Assembly (NCBI GenBank): GCA_010405405.1
Contig: MU004237.1
Location: 1,747,345-1,811,344, forward strand
Length of the DNA stretch: 64,000 nucleotides
DNA from: Microthyrium microscopicum
Lineage: Eukaryota
Reading direction: 5' to 3'
The translations under genes were made by a program, and so were the position numbers. Below are positions 1 through 13,836 of this stretch, one piece after another. Each line of letters starts with the position of its first letter. Position 1 is the first letter of the stretch. The notes beneath the pieces are model-generated. The model saw nothing but the letters and a program-made list of their open reading frames with translations, ran no database searches and was not told where the DNA came from.

Positions 1-742
1 AAGGATTCGGTAGAGGAAGTGATCTAGTCTCTCAGTGTAAATCTTGAAGAATGACTCGACGTCTGCCAGAGATAAAATACCACGGGCAATGATATCGATG
101 TTGGACCGATCGCCACAAGGTAGTAATGGTGGAGGTCGAGTAGGTGGAATAGTAGAAACCACTGAAGCTGGAATTGCTGCTGGTCCCGATTCTGTATCCA
201 TAACCACTTCCCAGCTTGGTGAGTTGTCGGTGTCTCCAGTAGTCGATACCAAAGGCCGATTTCCACTAGCAGCTTCGTCCTCTCTAGCATTTGCGGCCTC
301 GTCTTGTGTTTCAATGAGTAAAGTTCTCAATTCTGGCATAGAGAGCTTGTTCGCGAGCAACTTGATCGCCTCTTCCAAGTTACGAATCTTTCGTTTCGTG
401 GTATGTCTATCTCTTTTGAGGCTATCAGTCAACGGCAATGATTAAAGAATCTTGGAGACAGACAGGATATCTTCCTCCAAAACCATCTGCAGACTTCGGT
501 TCACAGTACATGGTAAATTACGCCTCTTACATCGTATGCATGGTGCTTTTGGGTCTTTCATGTGACATTTAATCTATAGTTGTCAATGATTAGCGAGTTT
601 AATCCCTGTCTTCAAGACATACCTTTTGTTTTCGACAAGCTACACACGCTGTCACCTTTCTGGAGATTTCTGGTGGTTTTCCATCGCCAAAATGCTCTCT
701 GAGAGCACTTATGGACGCTTCGGCTGAGGGAGAAGACGGCAT
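1..742 (-). CDS. Zn(II)2Cys6 fungal transcription factor (5' part; runs off the window start)
   Basis: ATG at 742. Splicing a 49-nt GT-AG intron (574-622) gives ...RKVTACVACRKQK|IKCHMKDPKAPCIRCKRRNLPC, a complete C6 binuclear cluster. After a second intron (~422-464) the frame is open to base 1 (...DIIARGILSLADVESFFKIYTERLDHFLYRIL). Not present in the ORF track. Confidence 0.9.
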
Positions 743-1195
743 ATTTTCAAATCGAGTCGTGGTCACCGAGAGACCTTAGATCCATGAAGTCAAGCAAGAA
801 CTCAGATCGAGTATGCTAATAGTCATACGGCGAGTAGTAGGGGATACTATCTTTTACTGCTGCACGTTATTTGGTGATCGCACTTCGCCCCGACAACGCT
901 AAACCTCGGGATACATCCGACATTCAGACCTTTCGATTGTCTAACCAATAAGGAGCTGGATTTAAACACATGTTTTGTTACTCCCCTGTCTAATTGCCAG
1001 GATTTCATGAAAATAGTGATCGAAAAGTGTTCATGATGATCAGTGTTCCTAATGTTCGGCGCTGGCCTGCAATCAGTGGTTTGGAGCTCGGAATCTCTTC
1101 AAGAACAATATCTACCATGTACAACGTTTCCAATAAAGCACTGCGTTGTCCACTATCCATCGTGATCCTAGAGCAAAAGGCCGGAGAGTAAAACC

Positions 1196-2051
1196 TTAGC
1201 CAGCCAATCCAAGCGTATGCTTTACTCGAGCTGCTCTCTGGGGACCATTTCTGGAAGCATATGCGTTATAGAAGGCTTGCCGATGGTTGAAGTCCAATGC
1301 TGACCGGACTTCATAAATTTCAGTGTAGTATCTTTGGATAAGGAAAATCAAATCCTCGAAATCCTTCGCTGTGTGGCGTTGACGGTATGCCTCGAGCTTC
1401 GTTTTCATGATTCTCTCAATGTTCAACACTGGGAAGTTGACATCTTGGTAGGGAATGAGCTCGATGATTGATGGGAACTCATCTACTGAGACAAGACCAA
1501 ATGCGCCTGGGGCTGGTCAGCTCTTAAAAATTTGGCAGAGAGCTGGGGGATGATTTACCGGAGAGCAAGAGATCGACTTCTACCCACATCTCTGGCATAT
1601 TCTGATCCTCGACTTGGGTGAAGATTCTAGCAACTCCAGAGGTTGGGCCGGCGGGCCATAAAACCCTGTTTCTGGCGTTAGTAGCCTTGGGATGGTTATG
1701 TCATGGTTTTCCGTACTTGGGTTGACCTTTCAACGCAATCTTGAGATCGTTCATGTTGCAACCGCAAGCAAAATCTATATCCACGGTCCGTCGAGCGCTT
1801 CCGCGAAGATGAAGTGACCTGTTATATGTTAGTAATAAAGCTGTGATGTCTGCAGGAGAAGGAAAAGCTTACCAACCACCCATCAGCGCATGTACTATGC
1901 CAGCGCTATTCAGCAGACTCGAAACATACAGAGCAGCTTGATGAAGATGCTCATTGGAAACATTTCGCTCGCATAGTGCCTGTAGAGCAGTCATTTGTTG
2001 AGGAGTATAAGTTCCAGGCTCTTGAGCTGGTTGGTCACCTCGAGAAGCCAT
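1196..2051 (-). CDS. Nucleotidyltransferase, Pol-beta superfamily, AbiEii-like (~230 aa, 4 exons)
   Basis: Three canonical introns join to ...HALMGGWSLHLRGSARRTVDIDF...WVEVDLL...KTKLEAYRQRHTAKDFEDL. This contains GG-x8-R-x-T-x-DxD, a third Asp, and the C-terminal K..A...R...KD..D pattern typical of AbiEii-type NTases. Confidence 0.75.
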
Positions 2052-2221
2052 ATCCGAGTCTGAAATGAGATGTAACGATATTCAAAAAGTTTCGCAGGTG
2101 TCTTTTGTTTGAACAGAGTCACATTAAATGAAAAGGCCATAATTGGCGACCTCCATCTATTCCTGACGAACAGTCGCACGTACCAGGTGAGCAACATGAG
2201 TATTCAGAAACTTGGACAAAA

Positions 2222-3019
2222 TCATACATCGAGCCGTTCTGTATCATCTCGAGGATCTGGACTGCATTTTGGCCGGAACCTGGTATTATACAAATCCTCT
2301 GGGAGTTCTGGTCCAAATCTGTTTACTTTGCTCCTCACGGATGCTTGCCAGATATCTCTTCGTTTCTGCGGCATATCTGGATAGCCTAGCAAGACATTGT
2401 TTTCGTTTGGTTTGATTGATGCCATGAGGTTTTGTGTCTGTCTATTGGTCCAACCAAGGTCAATCGTACCGTCAAGATCAAGGTTTGTATCACCCCAGGA
2501 CTCTTCAAGGTCCATGCCATCAATCAAATCTGCTAGGCTCGCTTCTGAAGCTACGTCAAGAAGACTCTGAGCAAAGACTTCTACCTTGGGGTAAGGTAGA
2601 CCTTGATGGCTGTGTTCAAGGTTGCTGAGAAAGCACTCCAAATGGGCGTCTTTCGAAGGCATGATACAGATGGAAATATTCGATTTCGGCCAGCCAAAGC
2701 GCGGATATGTGTGAGCAAGGCTACAGGGAGCAGGACTGACTGGCGGCAGGCTCTCCCAAGGCCCCATTTCCTTGATCAAATTGGCCGCTTGTGATGCAGA
2801 CTCCGTTGGTACACAAATCTCCCAGTCCTACGTTTGTCAATGTGTAACCTTTGGAAAACGGAAAAGACTGACGTCACGGGCTCTAGCAGCACCATAGTAT
2901 CGCAGTGCGCTGACACCTACGAGACAGCATGTTATTCCAGCTGCTTCAAGCTCATTGATGACATTCAGGACTTCCAACGCCCCGTGAGGCGATACTCTGC
3001 TGTCTCCACTGAGCGGCAT
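2222..3019 (-). CDS. Fungal NTase-fold hypothetical protein (2 exons)
   Basis: Exon 1 MPLSG...ELEAAGITCCLVGVSALRYYGAARARD, then an intron GTCAGT...CGTAG, then DWEICVP...GLPYPKVEVFAQSLLD...LIDGMDL to a stop at 2222. The G-x-SA...R...DxE pattern resembles the NTase first motif. Confidence 0.6.
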
Positions 3020-3582
3020 GGTGGATTTTGATGCACTGAATATCCCTTCGACTTTCAGTCGCCATCTAATGAAAGCTGTTTCCAGAAAGAACGATTAGAG
3101 CGCGACTTGATTGAATATGAGTGTCTTGTTGGAGTCTGGAGATGGAGACGTGAATCAAGATGTGTGGTAGGGATTCGCGTTGGCGGTTATTTATCAATCC
3201 GAACCAGTAAGATGTAAGCTTGTTCAGCCTTGCGGCGGTTCCTTGCATATTCGCCGCACTAGGCCGTCTTTGGCATCCTTGCAAACCTGGCCCAAAGAGG
3301 TATTATGCCAAGATGCCCCTGACCCAATGGCCGTGCATCTTCATTTGCGGGCCCATCATCATTTACTGTTCTGAAGCCAAGTCTGCCAACTTCATCAATT
3401 CTCCCTTCATTCACAAATCTCTCTTTACTGTGCTTTTCGTCATTCTTTAACAACTATCTTCTCTTCAACTGTCTCTCTTTTGCCCTCTTTATACTGAAAG
3501 GCACCTTTTAAACACCAATTATATCCCGGATCCACGTTCGGCCCTTCCGTTTCAAACAGATCACCAACGCGTTTCCTTCACC

Positions 3583-4663
3583 ATGAAACTCTCCACCTTT
3601 GCTCCTCTCGCCCTCTCAGTTGCTCCTTCTCTCGTCTCTGCTGCGACCGGCTCGCTAGGCTTTGCTCTTGGAACAAAAAATGCCGACGGCTCTTGCAAGG
3701 CTCAGAAAGATTACGAGGCAGACTTTGATGCCATCTCAGCAAACACTCCAGCCAAAGTAGTCCGTGGATATTCAGCTTCTGACTGCAACTCTGCACAATA
3801 CATCCTACCAGCTGCAAAGAGCAAGAACTTCCAGGTTGTGCTGGGTATCTGGTATGTCAAGATTGAATATACACGATAGTATCCGAGGGACGGCAATGCT
3901 GACAAGGACGCGTTTTTAGGCCTGATGTCGATACTTCTTACAATGCCGACTTGTCCGCAATCACCAAGAATGCACCCAACTATGCCGATCAAGTCTGGGG
4001 TATTACTGTTGGTTCCGAGACCCTCTACCGTGGAAACTTCACTGGTGCTCAGCTTGCTGCTAAAATGAGCGCTGTCAAGACTGCTACCGGAGGAAAATTC
4101 AAGATTGGTACCGCAGACAGCTGGAACAAGTACGCTGATGGCACTGCCGATGCTGTCATTAAGAGTGGCCCAGACTTCCTGTATGTGTACCAACATTGAT
4201 TACAGGGACTATACTGACTGGAATAGCTTTATTAACGCCTTCGGTTTCTGGCAAGGTGCAGCCATTGCAAATGCCTCCCACACCTACTTCGATGATATCA
4301 GTCAATCCTTCAACCACATCGAGAGCATTGCCGGCACTGGCAAGATTGAACTCTGGACTGGCGAGACTGGCTGGCCAACAAGTATGTTATCAACTCCCGT
4401 TGTTGACTTTTCCAAGCTAACAAATCTCTTCAGCTGATCAGACTAAATACGAAGCCGCCGTTGGTGGTGTTTCAAACGCCCAAACTTTCTACACCTCCGG
4501 AATTTGCAGCATGCTCAACTACGGTTACAACGCCTTTTACTTCGAGGCTTTTGACGAGCCATGGAAGCCAGCCTCCATCGGTCTCAACGGCCAACCTGCT
4601 GACGAGACTCATTGGGGTGCCATGAACGCGGACCGCACGACTAAGTTCCCTCTCAAGTGTTAG
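3583..4663 (+). CDS. BGL2: GH17 glucan 1,3-beta-glucosidase/glucanosyltransferase (Bgl2/Bgt1-like), secreted, 4 exons
   Basis: Signal peptide MKLSTFAPLALSVAPSLVSA. GH17 motifs VVLGIW|PD, TVGSETLYRG, GTADSWN, WTGETGWP and FYFEAFDEPWK. Stop TAG at 4661-4663. Confidence 0.9.
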
Positions 4664-5280
4664 GATGCTTTAGACGAAACGACAAGTGCGAGCACACCCA
4701 TTTTGCCGACCGCAATCTTCCCGTTCCCTTCGGCATCTGGCCCTCCAGCGGCCACTTTCACCTCGTTATTAACGGCTCCCGGAATCCCAGTGCAACCACC
4801 AATTTGGGCGCCCGCTTCAGGGGATGTAGGATCGTGGCTTGTCGGACCGACTTCCTCTAAGCCCACGCCTTCACCACATGCGCGTACAACAATGATCATC
4901 TCTTGAGTTATTAGTTGATGGGGCGACACGGAGTTTATTGTTCATCCCCAGAACCCGGTAGTAGTGGATAATTATTGATCTGGTTGTGTTTGGATTGTCT
5001 GCGATACATAAATAGAAATCGGACGGGCCAGTGTGGTCTGTCTGCGGCGAATCATAATGGCATGGTAAAGGCGTTCTGCTTGAACCAGATAGGTTTCTTT
5101 CAATTGAAAAACTTTTATACCTGACCTTCGACAACTTCGAAGTGTTTCTCATTTTATATCCCACTAGGCTACTTCCGTTCAGTTCGTGAACAACAACGCT
5201 TCTATTTCCCAACTCAACATATGTAGCTAACAAATATGCTATATAGTGACATCCTACATATCCACATACCCTTCAGGCCC

Positions 5281-7245
5281 TCAAATCTTGTTACTAGGAT
5301 ACTCAACCTCCACACTCCCCACGAAATCCTCCTTGATCGACCGTGGACTTACAAACCGGCTCAAAATATTCGCACTTCCCGCTTTACTACAACCCAGTTA
5401 GCACCCATGCCCTCTTGGAAAATCGATAAACTTACTCATTGGTACCACTCGCCCTCGCACCACCAAACGGCTGCTGTCCAACAACCGCACCAGTACTCTT
5501 ACAGTTGACATAAAAATTACCCGCCGCATTCCTCAGTCTCTCCTCTGCCTCGCGCACAATATTCCGATCAGCCGCAAATACAGCGCCTGTCAACGCATAC
5601 TCGCTCGTCTCGTCAATCGTCTTGCAAATCGTAGCCAGAGAATCTGCTGAGGCATCATCGTAAACGTGGATTACCAGCACTGGCCCGAAAAGCTCTTTGC
5701 TAAACAGCTCGTGGGAGGCAGATTTGCTCTCATATACTGTAGGATGTACGAAAAATCCTTTCGAGCTGTCATGTTTGCCGCCAACGAGTAGAGTGAGGGA
5801 GGAATCTTTGTTGGCAGCGTCAATGGCGCCGCTGACACGATCGAATGCTCCTTGGTGGATTAGGGGACCGATGAAGTTTTCGGGAGTGGTGCTTGGTCCG
5901 ACTTTCAGTGTTTTGGTGGCCGCGATGAGACCGTCTTTGAATTCAGGCCATACGCTTTTCGCGACGTATGCGCGGCTCGTGGCAGAGCATTTCTGGCCTT
6001 GATATTCGAAGGCGCCGCGTACAGTTTGGGCTACGGCGTTGGGGATGTCTGCTGTGCCGTGTACGAGATGGAAGTTCTTGCCGCCTGTTTCGCCGATGAT
6101 GCGTGGATAGCCACGATATTTGCCGTCTGCAATGTTGGATGCGATTTTGCCATAGAGGCCGCGGAAGACGGCTGTGCTGCCGGTATAATGGAGTGCCGCG
6201 AATTGTTTGTGGTTCAGCGCAGCGTCTGTGACAGTGACGGGGTCGCCGGGCACGAATTGGATTACGCCGGCGGGGAGACCTGCTTCGAGCAGGATTTGGT
6301 ATGTTAGCCAGTTTGCTGCGATTGCGTAGTCTGATGGTTTCCAGAGGACGACATTGCCCATGAGTGCTGGCACAGCGACGAGGTTGCCGCCAATGGCGGT
6401 GAAGTTGAAGGGTGAGATGGCGTATACGAAGCCTTCGAGCGGTCTGTATTCAGTGCGGTTCCATACACCGGGTGAATTGTGTGCTGGTTGAGTTTGGTAG
6501 AGCTCTTCCGCGAATTGGACGTTGAAGCGTAGAAAGTCTACAAATTCTGCAGCAGCGTCGATTTCTGCTTGCCAGGCGTTTTTGCCTTGTCCGACCATGG
6601 TAGCGGCCATGATGGCACTCCGGTATTTGCCAGCGACTAGGTCGGCGGCTTTGAGGAAGACTGCGGCGCGGTCGGCGAAAGGAAGGGATTCCCAGGCGGG
6701 TTTGGCGGCGAGAGCAGAGTCAATGGCCTTGTTGACGTCGGCAGTGGAGGCATTGGAGTATTTTGCTACGACGGTGGAGTGGGAGGATGGGTCGTATTGC
6801 TCTTTGATGGTGGAGGTGGTGATCTGGGGGCGTCAGTACTGTGCTCTGGTGGTGTGGTGGGTGTTTGTACGTGTTTGCCGTCAATTACGAGTGGGACTTC
6901 CCATGGTGCTTCTTTTTGGAGCTTGGAGACGGCATCTTCTAAAATTTTGCGGTCTTCCGAGCCCTTGGTATAGTGTTTCTGGAGCTATTAGCTTCTTAAG
7001 ATCTGGTTGTGTGGTTGTGGTCATACGTTGGGCTCGTTGGAGACCTTGGGGATCTTGAAAGCAGCTAGATTGGCCATTGTTCTTGTCGATTGTATACTGG
7101 ATCTTGTCACTCTATTTGTATAAAAAGAAGAAGAAGAAGAAATCGAGCAAAGGGGAGCTCTAGCAGCACGCAATGAAGCAATAGCTAGCAAAGAGTGGGT
7201 CCGATGGCCACCAAGCACGGGACCGACAGACTTTGACAGAAGCAT
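5281..7245 (-). CDS. PUT2: Delta-1-pyrroline-5-carboxylate dehydrogenase (mitochondrial ALDH4)
   Basis: ALDH4 motifs QGKNAWQAEIDAAAE, SPFNFTAIGGN, IGETGGKNFH, FEYQGQKCSATSR and NCKSTGAVVGQQPFGGARASGTN|DKAGS. R/S-rich N-terminal presequence; alternative ATG at 7077. Confidence 0.95.
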
Positions 7246-7886
7246 GGGCTGAAAGCTAGAATCAGAGGCAACAAATGGTAGGCTTAGAATAGTCCCAGGT
7301 GGTGCGTGGGATCAGGCTCTTAATGGTTCGTGGAAGGCGAGTCTGCAAGGAGGTTAACGTGATTGATCTTGAGCTTGATGTCGAAAACATGTGTCTGAAT
7401 TCCCACGAGGTACCAAAGTGCGGTTATTCACGGAACCAATGCGATATGGCGATAGTGGGGCTAACGATTGCATATTTCTATCAGAGATTGCTGATATTGC
7501 CTTCAGGTACCTGGTTCATGCATATTAAAATGCTACCTAGTTTTGTCTGATAGCCATTTATGTCTCCGATCGCGGTCATCAATATCAAGTTACCGGTGTC
7601 AAACGAAGGAAAGTACAAGCAACTACATTGCATTTGAGTTTTGACCACCAATAAGAACTACTACAGAGCAACAAAAACTGAACTATCATACAATGACACA
7701 CAGCGATATCGCCGACAATGCTGATAAGAGTTCAAAGTATTGGCGCTAGAAAAACAGATTTTGAGTTGACGCGTTTGACATCAATCGTCAGAAGCCTCTC
7801 CTCCCAGTCCTGCAACGGAACACTGAACGCTCAACATCCAACTCCATTGCAAAAGAGCCAGTCAAAACCAACCCTGAGTTCAGAGC

Positions 7887-10089
7887 TTAGAGATCGAGAG
7901 TACGAGCGTGTTCGTCAAAGAAAACACGCATCGCACCAGGAGGAATCATGGGAGTATGATACCACTCCTTGATTGTATCCTTGACATGAGGATATCGCAG
8001 CGCCGGGAAGTAGTTTCCCCAAAGTCGAAGTCGCTCAAGCTCACTCACAATCCATTCCGGATCAGAGACATCGAAACAGCCATCAGCTTTGATTGCGAAT
8101 CCATTGACAGTAGGTGTGGAGGTCTCAGGATCGTCTATCGCCAGATGGCCCACATAGTTGAAATCGAAGAATTTCAGATACTCCTCATAATCTCCCTCCT
8201 TAGGTGGTTCCAGCCATTCGTTGATCTTGATGGGCTCTTCTGAGTGCTGGCGGCGTAGGTATATTGTGGTGGAAGGTTTCAGAGATTTAAGTAGGCTGGT
8301 GAAGGCTCTAATATCTTCGTAAGATCCATCCTCGCTCGATAGAATAAGCTCTAAAGAGTCAAGTTTGTTGAATCGCTTTAGATCGAATATTTTCTCGTAC
8401 GAAAAGTTGTCCATAGGCATACGTGCCGTATACAAGAGATGGCTCATTATGCTTTTCTGGCGCCCAAGGCGCCATGACCGGAGTGAGACTGCGTGTCTGA
8501 CCTGGAGTTTGTTAGTATAAAATCATGATCAGAGCGAACACCACGAAAAGTCCATTTGGTTTTTTTGCCGTGGACTCTGGAGCCGTAGACCGCTCATCGT
8601 ATCCGGTGGCAGTCATAGCACTCGATTAGGAACAAATTCTATGGTAGCCATCGAGTACGATGGGAGGTATGGATGTTTTAGTTCCAGCGCATGTCGTCAA
8701 GGAATGTGATATAACAGGGGCAAATCTTACCAGTCCCTTTTCCTCACGATGTCGAGTGTTTCGCAACACGAGTTTTCGGACAAGGTATTGAGGCTTCACC
8801 GTGGAGCCAAAGTAGTCGCGGGTTAGTACATCGACTTTTGTTTTGATTTCGCCATTGAAACGACTTAGTTCTAATTCACTGGCATGGAAACCAATTTGAA
8901 ATGTGTTCTTCTTGTAGAAGACGGCGGCGGCCTGCTGGGACAGTTCTGAACCGACGATCGCTGAAGATAAGAAGCATGCTTCATCGCGTGGAAGATATGC
9001 TGTACATGCATCCCTATATATATTCTTGGCTTCATTCAACCGCAACTTGATTTCGATTGGAGTCTCCTGCTCATAGGTATATTCGAAAACCATTTCGCGA
9101 AGCTCAAATGGGAACGTCAGGAGACCTTTGACACCGTCATGGATACGGGGAATTTGGGACATCTCGAAAGAACAAGCTCGTTGGAAAGAGTCGCGTCTAG
9201 CTTGTAGTGCAACCAGAGTAGTCGCACTCTCAAACATCTCGACAGCTGCTTCTCGTTCTTCGAAAGAGCTTTCAATTGCCAAAAAGTCACGGAAGTCGGT
9301 GTGAACAGAGTGAAGAAGGAACGACTCGCCATCGGCCATGCTAAAAATATGCTGCTGAACAATAGCATATTGATTGTGCTTTGTATTGTGTGTGAATTCC
9401 TGGACTCGTAATTTGACATTTTGGCTTCGATTGTCGATCTCTGTAGACATGAGAGACACATGAGTATAGTCGATATTGAGTGGTCTTCTACGTGGAGCTT
9501 GAAGCCGTCTACGAGTTTCCTGAAGCTGGGCTACAGCAAGCTCAAGTCGTTCTTCCAGTGATGGTGGAGGGACTGTAGGATGCGAAGGTAACGGTTGTAC
9601 AGCCACTGGAGCAACTGGAGGCAGACGGTGCGTTTTCCCATTCCATCGGTTCCGCCGATTTGGACGATTCGTATGGTTTCCTCGATCTAGTTGATTTAGA
9701 TTCGAATGACTCGATTGATTTTGTTGATTGGCGCGCCCGCGGTTCCAATTCTGGTTTCGCCAATTCCGACGACCAGAACCAATTCCAGAAGTTGTACCGC
9801 GTGGCGGTTGCGTGTTTGATGTTGCAGATGGAATATTTGGCTGTTGCGGTCGGGATACAGCCGCAGGCGGCCTAGTTTGTAGCTCAGATGTCGGCGCAGC
9901 GATGTTTGTTGGGACAGAGGGTTGCTGAATAGAAGGCGCAGACTGTGCAGGCAAATTCGGACGATTTGTAGGAGCTGGTCTATTGGCAGTGTTTCCATCA
10001 ACAGGCGCCGGGCTGGCAAGAGCCGCGTTGTTGTTTCCTAAGCGGAGCCTATTCAGGGATGCGCTCAAGCTTGTTTGATCTGGGTTCAT
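7887..10089 (-). CDS. Family A paralog 1: N/Q/R-rich disordered N-terminus + F-box-like motif + conserved C-terminal domain
   Basis: ORFs 8626-10293 and 7887-8447 join in frame via an intron 8502-8730 (GTAAGA...CTAACAAACTCCAG). Carries LLTFPFELREMVFEYTY and C-terminal PGAMRVFFDEHARTLDL. ATG at 10089 (MNPDQT) assumed. Confidence 0.75.
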
Positions 10090-11051
10090 ATTGGCGATAT
10101 GAATGATAGATTTATTGACGATTGAAGATATGAGAGGATGAATTTTGTCTGAATGGCAGGTAGCCGGGGTTGGGTATTTGTGAAATTTGTGAGAATTTGG
10201 GTGGTGGTGAAGAGTAGAGGAAGATGGCAAAGAGCAAGCTGGATGACGCTTCTCATGAAGAGGGACTAAGCGGTAATGAGTGAAGGTTGTCAAGTGAAAG
10301 ATGATCAGTGAGGTCTAGTTAAGGGAGGAAGGAAGGTTTACCGTTATGCGGATTAGAGGCGATAGTCTGAGCCTCTGAGGTGATCATTCGAGCTGATAAT
10401 TGGAGGCAATTGTTTCCAGATGGAGCACTATCATTGATTGAACATCGAAAGGGAGCTGATGTACACCAATGAGCAGTATTGGCGACGGATAAAGCATTTC
10501 CTAGCCGGGGTATGGAAGTCCTTCGAGGGACTGCGAGTCCATCAAGATCCAGGTTGTAAGGTTTTCTAGGTTTTTATCTGATGGAAGAATTGATATGAGT
10601 CTTCAGAGTTTGGCTATCTGATAGTAGTATAGTACTGTTATTCTATACAGTAATTTCAAGTTTTTTGAGTGCGAAATGATTTGAGGATATTTTCTTTTAT
10701 ACAAGCTTATGATTGATATCTACCTAAAACAGCAATACCTTGACGATACAGACGGGTAGCAATCGAATACTGCCCCTGATATGCTGAGCACCTATTAATC
10801 GCAGAGACTCCGGATATAGCGCTGGCAGTGAATCGTTACAATAATTGGTTACAAGTTGTCATGCTGCACAAACGCTGGAATGAAGCTAACGACCATTGAA
10901 CCAAATCATAAGTGCACTCATAACCATAGCGGCGGCTTTCATCACCCTCTACCGGTGAAATGTGTGAATTCCCCATGACCTTCGAGAAAGTCGAGAAACT
11001 CTCAACGTCTCATGATAGTCGATGGCAATGTTGTACCCACAATCTCGAGAT

Positions 11052-13059
11052 CTAAAGGTCCAGAGTGCGAGCATGCTCCGCAAAGAAGACCCGCATCGCA
11101 CCAGGATGAATTGTGGCCATGTTGTACCATTCTTTGATGGTGGGTTCAACATGTGGATACTTCGAATGCTGGATGTAGGTTCCGTTTCGTTGACGCTTAG
11201 CAATTTCTTTTTCAATTCGAGATCGATCAGAAAGAGAGACATCGAAGCAGCCACGAGCATTGACCGCAAAGCCATTGAAAGTAGGTGAAGATGCACCTGT
11301 AGAATCGTCTAATTGGTAGTCACCCACGAAGTTGAAATCAAAGAGCCGACAGTATTCTTTGTCATCGTTTTCCTTAGGACTCTCCAACCATTCGTTAATC
11401 TGAAGGAGTTGGTTTAGATGCGGGCGAGAGAGGTAGATCTTGACAGTAGGCTTCAGAGACTTTAAGAGACCAGTAAAGGCTCTAATATCCTCATAGATAC
11501 CATACTGATTTGTCAACTCCAGAGTCAACGACTTGAGGTCTGTGAAGCGGCTCAGCTGGAAGACCGTTTCATAAGACCAGCCATGGACGTGGCGGGTCGT
11601 GTAGGCCACATGATTTGAGACTCCGCCGTGGATCGAGACTCGAGGGAAAGCAGGAGGCGCTGTTCCGTTTGGAATTCTCTTACGCAGATGATTGTAACCG
11701 CCCTCCGACTCGTGTTGAAGAATGAGATTGCGAATACTGAGACCTGACTCCAATTGAGAACCATAATAGTCGCTGGCCAGTAAGTCAATCTTCAGTTTCG
11801 TGATTTTTAACTGTCGATTGTGTTGGTGCTGAGCAGGGACGCGTGTGTTTCCAGCGAAGGTGACTCTGAAAGTGTTCTCCCCATAGAACACAGCCGCAGC
11901 CTGCTGTGACAGTTCAGGGTTGACGATGGCTGCTGAGAGGAAGCAATGCTCATCACGTGGAAGGTATGCGTTATATTTGGCCTTGTATTCGAGACCTCGT
12001 TCTTGAGCTATGGTTGTACCTCGATTGTTGTAATTGTCAATTGTAACATGATCCAATTTGACCTCGATGATGGCATCGTTGGCATACAGATGCTTGAAGA
12101 CCATTTGCCGAAGCTCGAACGGAAACTTCATCATTCCTACGACATTGTCGCGGATCCGAGGGAATTGAGCAATTCGTTGAGAATAGCCATGGTGAAGAAA
12201 GTCTCGCTTGGCTCGAAGTAGGTTCAAGGCACTGGCGCTCTCAAATATCGAGAGAGCCGTTACTAGTTGCTCAGGAATTGAAATAATCCCCATAAGGCTA
12301 AGGAAACCTGTACGCACAGCTTCAACGGTAAAGTTTTCGCTGTCTGCCAGGCTGATGATGTTCTGTCCAAACAGAGCATATCGGTTTGTCTTTGTGCTGT
12401 GAGGCGCAATGCTGCTGCCAGGTACAGTCTCGCTGAAGACATTCTGAAAGAATTGTTGAACTCGAGTTTTGAGATTTTCGCACTTCTTGTCAATAGCGTG
12501 AGACATATGCAGTCTAGATATATTGTTAGTACGGTATTTCACGAAATGTTATCAAAACCAGAACGATCTGGAAAACCCAAACGGCCTGCCTAGCGTGAAG
12601 TACTGTCGGACTTTTACGGTTGCCATAGAATGCTATGGGAGCCGTAATAGGCTATGGTATGAACAGAAGTAGAACCCAGATATGGCTTAGAGTAGGAAAT
12701 ACTTACATCTCGGTGTAGTCGTAATTATACAACGCTGTCCCAAGTGGGTTGACAGGAGGGTTCCCCAAAAATTCACGAGCTAGCTCGAGCCGTGTCACTC
12801 CACGCTCAAGCCGCTCATCGAGTTGGTCTTGCAGCATTTGAGGAACAGGGCGCTTATGGTGATCTTGAGCATTTTCACGGATCTGATGATTAGCTGGTTG
12901 GTTTGCTTGAGCTAGGAGAATTAAAGGATCCGTATGATCTGCTACTTGGTGTGCGCGTGTCCGGATTTGATCGCGGGTTCGATGCTTTCGACGCTGCTTT
13001 GCAGATACTGGTACACGTGGAATCTGTGCCGCAGATGACCTATATGGAGATTGCAGCAT
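11052..13059 (-). CDS. Family A paralog 2 (F-box-like)
   Basis: Exon 13059-12707 (...PPVNPLGTALYNYDYTE), intron 12514-12706, then ILHMSHAIDKK...MMKFPFELRQMVFKHLY...HPGAMRVFFAEHARTLDL. Confidence 0.75.
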
Positions 13060-13836
13060 GGCCGTGAAGTCTGATGGTGAATCCGATTTTGGAGTCTGTG
13101 ATATAGACTGATAGAGCTTGCAATTGGAGGAGCAGGAGGAGAAGCAAGTTGGTGTATAGATTCGGAGGAAGATTTTGGGGATGGAGAAGGAAGACGGAGA
13201 AGCAAGTGGTAGGTTTATTTAATCTTGCGAGGTTTGTGATAATGAAGGAAGATGGTGAAGAGGAGAAGACGAGTGAAGAGTGAAGGACACGAATCCAAGG
13301 CCTATCGGAGGAAAGAGTCGGGCCCAGCAAACTTCTAGGTCCAAATTCAAGGTGGAGACTTGAGGTGCCCAGGTGAGCACCGAAAAGGAGATCATGTCAT
13401 ATGTAACACGGGTCGACAAAAGACTGAAGCGCTTCGATCAATTGAGGCATCTTCCATTGCATCTTAATAGAAAGACGCATTAATCCTCAGTACAATCCAC
13501 GAGCTATGAGGATATTGAGACCCTCTTTGGGAAATAAAGCTCTCGATTATGGGACGTGACATATCACATGAGCCAGCGAAGCTGCTTGGAGCGTCTCGTG
13601 CCAGTTAGTTTATCCATTGATTGAAACCTCAAGCTTCCCTTCGACTAGAAAGCGAGTGACACATGTTATCTTCATCAGTGAGCACTATTTGCACCTCCTT
13701 CAGTTCAAATACCTTGCTTCGAACTATACGAGAGCGATATTCCATTTCACACCACTTGACGAGTCGTTTCGTGTTTGTTTCAGCAATGAATTCAGTTCAT
13801 CTTTTATCTAACATAATGCTGGCCATCGCATAACTA

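Noticed and set aside
44..445. 133-aa plus-strand ORF
   Set aside because: Antisense shadow of the spliced Zn2Cys6 gene on the minus strand.
4657..5233. Short overlapping ORFs between the GH17 gene and PUT2
   Set aside because: No motifs; they lie in the convergent 3' UTR region.
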